Below, one piece after another: positions 60,556 through 64,000 of a DNA stretch of 64,000 nucleotides. The position numbers and the translations under genes are program-made. The first letter of the stretch is position 1, and each line of letters begins with the position of its first letter. The DNA is from Aureliella sp. GTDB lineage: Bacteria > Planctomycetota > Planctomycetia > Pirellulales > Pirellulaceae. The notes beneath the pieces were generated by a model. It worked only from the letters and a program-made list of their open reading frames with translations. It made no database searches and was not told where the DNA came from. The stretch is taken from the NCBI GenBank assembly GCA_963691875.1, contig OY829846.1, positions 2,944,001 through 3,008,000 of the forward strand. Reading direction: 5' to 3'.

Positions 60556-60825
60556 TTCCTCTTTACAACGTTGTTTTTTGAGTAAGTAAGATTCCATCTT
60601 GCCAAGAGCAATCAACTGGATAGTCGGACGATCTGCATCCTGCAATGAAGAGTCGCGAAGAGGCAAAGAATTTCGAGCGAGGCTTCCCGTCAGACCGAGC
60701 TTTTTCCTATAACACTGGATTCTAAGTGAGCTTAGAATGTCCATTGTCGGAATGCAGCTAAAAGCATTTAGCCAACACTTGCTGCTTGCGTCACGTATCC
60801 GCCACCATCACCGAAGACCGCTTTC

Positions 60826-61770
60826 TTGGCTCTCAAGGCACTTATAACCGGAATTACTGGACAGGACGGAAGCTATCTGGCGGACTTGCTGCTTCGAAAG
60901 GGCTACGAAGTCTTCGGTACTTCACGGAATGCTGGCTCTCAATTGCCATCTGCGGCAAACGTCTCAATCTTACCTCTCTCTGCTAGTCCCAATCTGACTT
61001 CGGATGTGGCAAAGATATTGGACGAAATCAAACCCGACGAAGTCTACCATTTGGCCGCCGATAGCTTCGTGCCGAATGGCTGGATCGATCCTCAGCAAAA
61101 CATGCTTGCCAACTACGGTTGGACTCTCGCTTTGCTAGAGGGAATCAGGCTGCACTGTCCTTCCTCGAAGTTTCTCAGCGCCTGTTCGCGCGAGGTTTTT
61201 GGTAGCTGCAGCGGATTGGCCAACGAGCAAACAGAAATGCGGCCCACCACGCCCTACGGTATCAACAAAGCAGCCTCGCGTTGGATGGTAGCAGCTTACC
61301 GCCGACAGTATGGTTTATTTGCAACCAGTGCAATACTCTTCAACCACGAATCACCGCGCCGTGGGCATCAATTCGTTACGAGAAAAGTTTCACGGGCTGT
61401 TGGTGCAATCGCGCGAGGTGAGCAAAACAAGCTGGAGTTGGGCAGTCTATCTGCCCAGCGAGACTGGGGCTTCGCTGGCGACTTTGTTGAAGCAATGTGG
61501 CGAATGCTTCAGATCGACTCCCCACAAGACTTTGTGCTTGGAACAGGTGTCACACACTCAATCAAACAGCTCGTCGAAGCTGCCTTTTCGGTAGCGGGAC
61601 TTGTTTGGCGCGACCACGTGGTTGGACATCCTGAGCAGGCCCGAAGCAATGATGATATCACGCTGGCTGCGGATATATCTTTGGCACGAGAAGTGCTAGA
61701 TTGGCAGCCTGAAGTTGACTTTCCGACGCTCGTACGTCAGATGGTGGAAGCCGACAGGAGTTGGAGCTAG
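60826..61770 (+). CDS. gmd: GDP-mannose 4,6-dehydratase-like protein
   Basis: ALITGITGQDGSYLA, PYGINK, LFNHESPRRG, FVTRK, RDWGFAGD. Confidence 0.88.
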   Translation: MALKALITGITGQDGSYLADLLLRKGYEVFGTSRNAGSQLPSAANVSILPLSASPNLTSDVAKILDEIKPDEVYHLAADSFVPNGWIDPQQNMLANYGWTLALLEGIRLHCPSSKFLSACSREVFGSCSGLANEQTEMRPTTPYGINKAASRWMVAAYRRQYGLFATSAILFNHESPRRGHQFVTRKVSRAVGAIARGEQNKLELGSLSAQRDWGFAGDFVEAMWRMLQIDSPQDFVLGTGVTHSIKQLVEAAFSVAGLVWRDHVVGHPEQARSNDDITLAADISLAREVLDWQPEVDFPTLVRQMVEADRSWS

Positions 61771-61784
61771 AAGTCGCGAGCCCT

Positions 61785-62921
61785 CTAAGCGTCGCTTTCC
61801 CCGGGATTGTCTTCTCGCCCAGGCTCATCGTTTCGTGCATCGTCTGCTTCATCCGCGTCCGAAGCAAGGCCATTGAGTCCTTCGAACTCAGCGTCAAACT
61901 CAGCTTCGCAGGCGCGACACACATCGTTCGTAGAGAAATGCTGGATCATATCGCTCTGGGCAAGTTTGGGATGCACCTTGGCAGTAGGAAGAATATCTTC
62001 CATTAGCATTTTGTAGGTATCCAGCGCAGTAAAATGTTCGCAAACATCCAAGGCCACACACAGTCGCGCTAGTTGTGCTAGGATCGCAACCACGTAGCCT
62101 CGGGCTTCCTCCTCAGACTCGACATGCTCGGGACGAGGTAATTTGAGTGGCTTCTCGAACAGATAAGTGATGGGCTCGTCCTTGTTGCCTTCGACAATCT
62201 CATCCCACTGCTCGTACATTGCTTTGGTTTCAGGATCTATACCTGGGATTACTTCGTCCCAAGAGCGTCGCTCACCTCCGTCAATGAGAGAGTTACCAAG
62301 AGTGTCCTCAATACTGTTCTCGCCCAGCGAGTCTGCTACAAGGTTGTTCAGATTTTGATCAAACAGCCCGTAGGGATCTTCATTTTCGTCAGCCTCTTCC
62401 TCAAGGTCTTGGCTATCCGCTTCCAGTGCTGTGTCCTCGAAGCCAAAGTCAGAAAAGCCTTCGGAAGGATTCTCAGCTTGCTCTGCTTCGGTTGGCTCTG
62501 GCTCAGAAAGGTGTATGCGTAGATTTTGGAGCTCAGCCTCGATGGGGCCATCTTGGCTGAACCATCGAAGTACGACGAGATCTTGTGGTCGAACGTCGCC
62601 AGACTTGAGTGAAGCGGATTCTTCAGCAGATTCCAGTGTGACTTCTAGCCTTTGCTCGAGGCGAATTTCATCGACGACACCTATCTGATTCTCCGAGATA
62701 GCCAGAACGTGCTCGGGGAGATTTTCTGGAGCAGCGTCCAGGTCACTTGGTTCAGGTGCTTCAAATGCCAGATAATCCGTACCTAAGCTCTCTGAAAAAT
62801 TTCCAGTGAGCTCAAGTTGGATTTCGGATTCGGCCCCAAGCTGAATCCAGCCGTAGACCCGATTTCTTCGCGAATTTCGCAACTCGCCAGCGACAATAAA
62901 CTGTCCGATCCGAAGCGTCAT
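61785..62921 (-). CDS. Acidic hypothetical protein with Cys/His C-terminal cluster
   Basis: 378-aa ORF, D/E-rich; CEHF...H...CRAC. Confidence 0.7.
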   Translation of the reverse strand: MTLRIGQFIVAGELRNSRRNRVYGWIQLGAESEIQLELTGNFSESLGTDYLAFEAPEPSDLDAAPENLPEHVLAISENQIGVVDEIRLEQRLEVTLESAEESASLKSGDVRPQDLVVLRWFSQDGPIEAELQNLRIHLSEPEPTEAEQAENPSEGFSDFGFEDTALEADSQDLEEEADENEDPYGLFDQNLNNLVADSLGENSIEDTLGNSLIDGGERRSWDEVIPGIDPETKAMYEQWDEIVEGNKDEPITYLFEKPLKLPRPEHVESEEEARGYVVAILAQLARLCVALDVCEHFTALDTYKMLMEDILPTAKVHPKLAQSDMIQHFSTNDVCRACEAEFDAEFEGLNGLASDADEADDARNDEPGREDNPGESDA

Positions 62922-62960
62922 ACTTTAGAACTCAGGGGTAAAACTTCCTACGCCGTAATT

Positions 62961-64000
62961 TTACTCAATGACCATCAAAAGGTCTCCCGACTCGACTTGC
63001 GATCCAGACTTGATGTGAATCTGCTGCACGGTTCCACCTTTGTCCGCTGAGATGGTCGTTTCCATTTTCATGGCCTCAAGAGTCACCAACTTGTCGCCCT
63101 TGCTGACCTTGTCACCCTGGTTTGCCGCCACTGCGATGACCATTCCGGGCATGCTGGCTGCGACATGAGTCGAGTCAGCAGGATCTGCCTTGAGGGCCTG
63201 GCTTGGAGCGTTGTCCAGAGTCTGGTCGATCACTTCGATTTCTCGCGGCTGTCCATTTAGTTCGAAGAAAACGGTTCGCGTGCCGTCGGGCTTGGGTTGG
63301 CCTACGGCGAGGAAGCGGATGATGAGCGTCTTGCCTTCCTCAATATCGACGGCAATTTCTTCGCCTGGCTCCAAGCCATAGAAGAAATGCGGCGTTGGCA
63401 GGATACTAACATCTCCGTGCACCTTGCGATGCTCGATGTAATCCTCGTAAACCTTCGGATAGAGAACGTGTGTCACGCTCTCGCGCTGAAGCGGATCTTG
63501 ACCCAGAAGTTCTTCCAACTGCTTACCCGTAGCATCAAAATCAGCGGGAGGCATTGTTGCGCCTGGACGTCCGGTAACGACCGGGCGATCCTGCAGCACG
63601 GCATCTTGCACTTCCTTCGGAAATCCTCCTGGAGGCTGGCCCATCATGCCGCCAAGTAGATCGATCACGGACGCCGGCGCGGCCAAGTCCTTCTCGGTCT
63701 TGAGCACATCATCTACCGTCAATTCTCCAGCGACCATGAACAAAGCCATGTCCCCAACGGCTTTCGAAGTCGGCGTGACTTTCACGATGTCACCAAACAT
63801 ACGGTTCACGTCGGCATAAACTTTACAGACTTCCGTCCATCGATCCGACAAGCCGAGTGCGCGAGCTTGCTGGTACAAGTTCGTGTACTGGCCACCGGGC
63901 ATCTCGTGATCATACAGATCGCCTCCGGCCGCCAAAGCCTCGCTCTCGAAGGGCAGGTAGAATTCGCGAACAGCCTTCCAGTAGGTTGCTAACTGAGAAA
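62961..64000 (-). CDS. pyc: Pyruvate carboxylase, C-terminal part (truncated by window end)
   Basis: HEMPGGQYTNL, KVTPTSKAVGD, FELNGQPR, biotinyl EAMKM. Confidence 0.95.
   Translation of the reverse strand, partial: SQLATYWKAVREFYLPFESEALAAGGDLYDHEMPGGQYTNLYQQARALGLSDRWTEVCKVYADVNRMFGDIVKVTPTSKAVGDMALFMVAGELTVDDVLKTEKDLAAPASVIDLLGGMMGQPPGGFPKEVQDAVLQDRPVVTGRPGATMPPADFDATGKQLEELLGQDPLQRESVTHVLYPKVYEDYIEHRKVHGDVSILPTPHFFYGLEPGEEIAVDIEEGKTLIIRFLAVGQPKPDGTRTVFFELNGQPREIEVIDQTLDNAPSQALKADPADSTHVAASMPGMVIAVAANQGDKVSKGDKLVTLEAMKMETTISADKGGTVQQIHIKSGSQVESGDLLMVIE

Noticed and set aside
60511..60744. 77-aa ORF
   Set aside because: C-terminus is just the translated heptamer repeat; no other coding support
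1..64000. Genome-wide UGA reassignment (genetic code 4 or 25)
   Set aside because: Long conserved genes contain no internal TGA, and several end at TGA at the expected C-terminus (e.g. pyc, the diheme enzyme, the thioesterase)

Overview
About 64 kb of chromosome from what is most likely a Planctomycete (Pirellulaceae-like). This is inferred from the DUF1559 protein, three sulfatases, ECF sigma cassettes and an expanded SecA. Housekeeping genes (secA, waaA, aroH, mutL, rpe, accD, argS, gmd, partial pyc) are interspersed with accessory membrane and secreted proteins. Highlights: (1) a 75-aa SelW/Rdx-family selenoprotein (CxxU, in-frame TGA, bacterial SECIS-like hairpin) at 60019-60246(-), absent from the ORF track; (2) a Tyr-ligand (MauG-type) diheme enzyme next to a secreted beta-propeller with exactly two Trp, a candidate protein-modification system; (3) a transporter-less cluster of three membrane-fusion proteins, one fused to a PqqD-like domain and an M50 protease; (4) three further ORFs each broken by a single in-frame TGA; (5) a SecA with five tandem wing-like repeats and an inserted small domain; (6) a consensus sigma-54 promoter ahead of a small protein divergent from a stand-alone WYL gene; (7) several REP/MITE-like and short tandem-repeat elements. 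No rRNA, tRNA, CRISPR array or transposase was recognised. All family assignments are motif recognition by eye, not database results.
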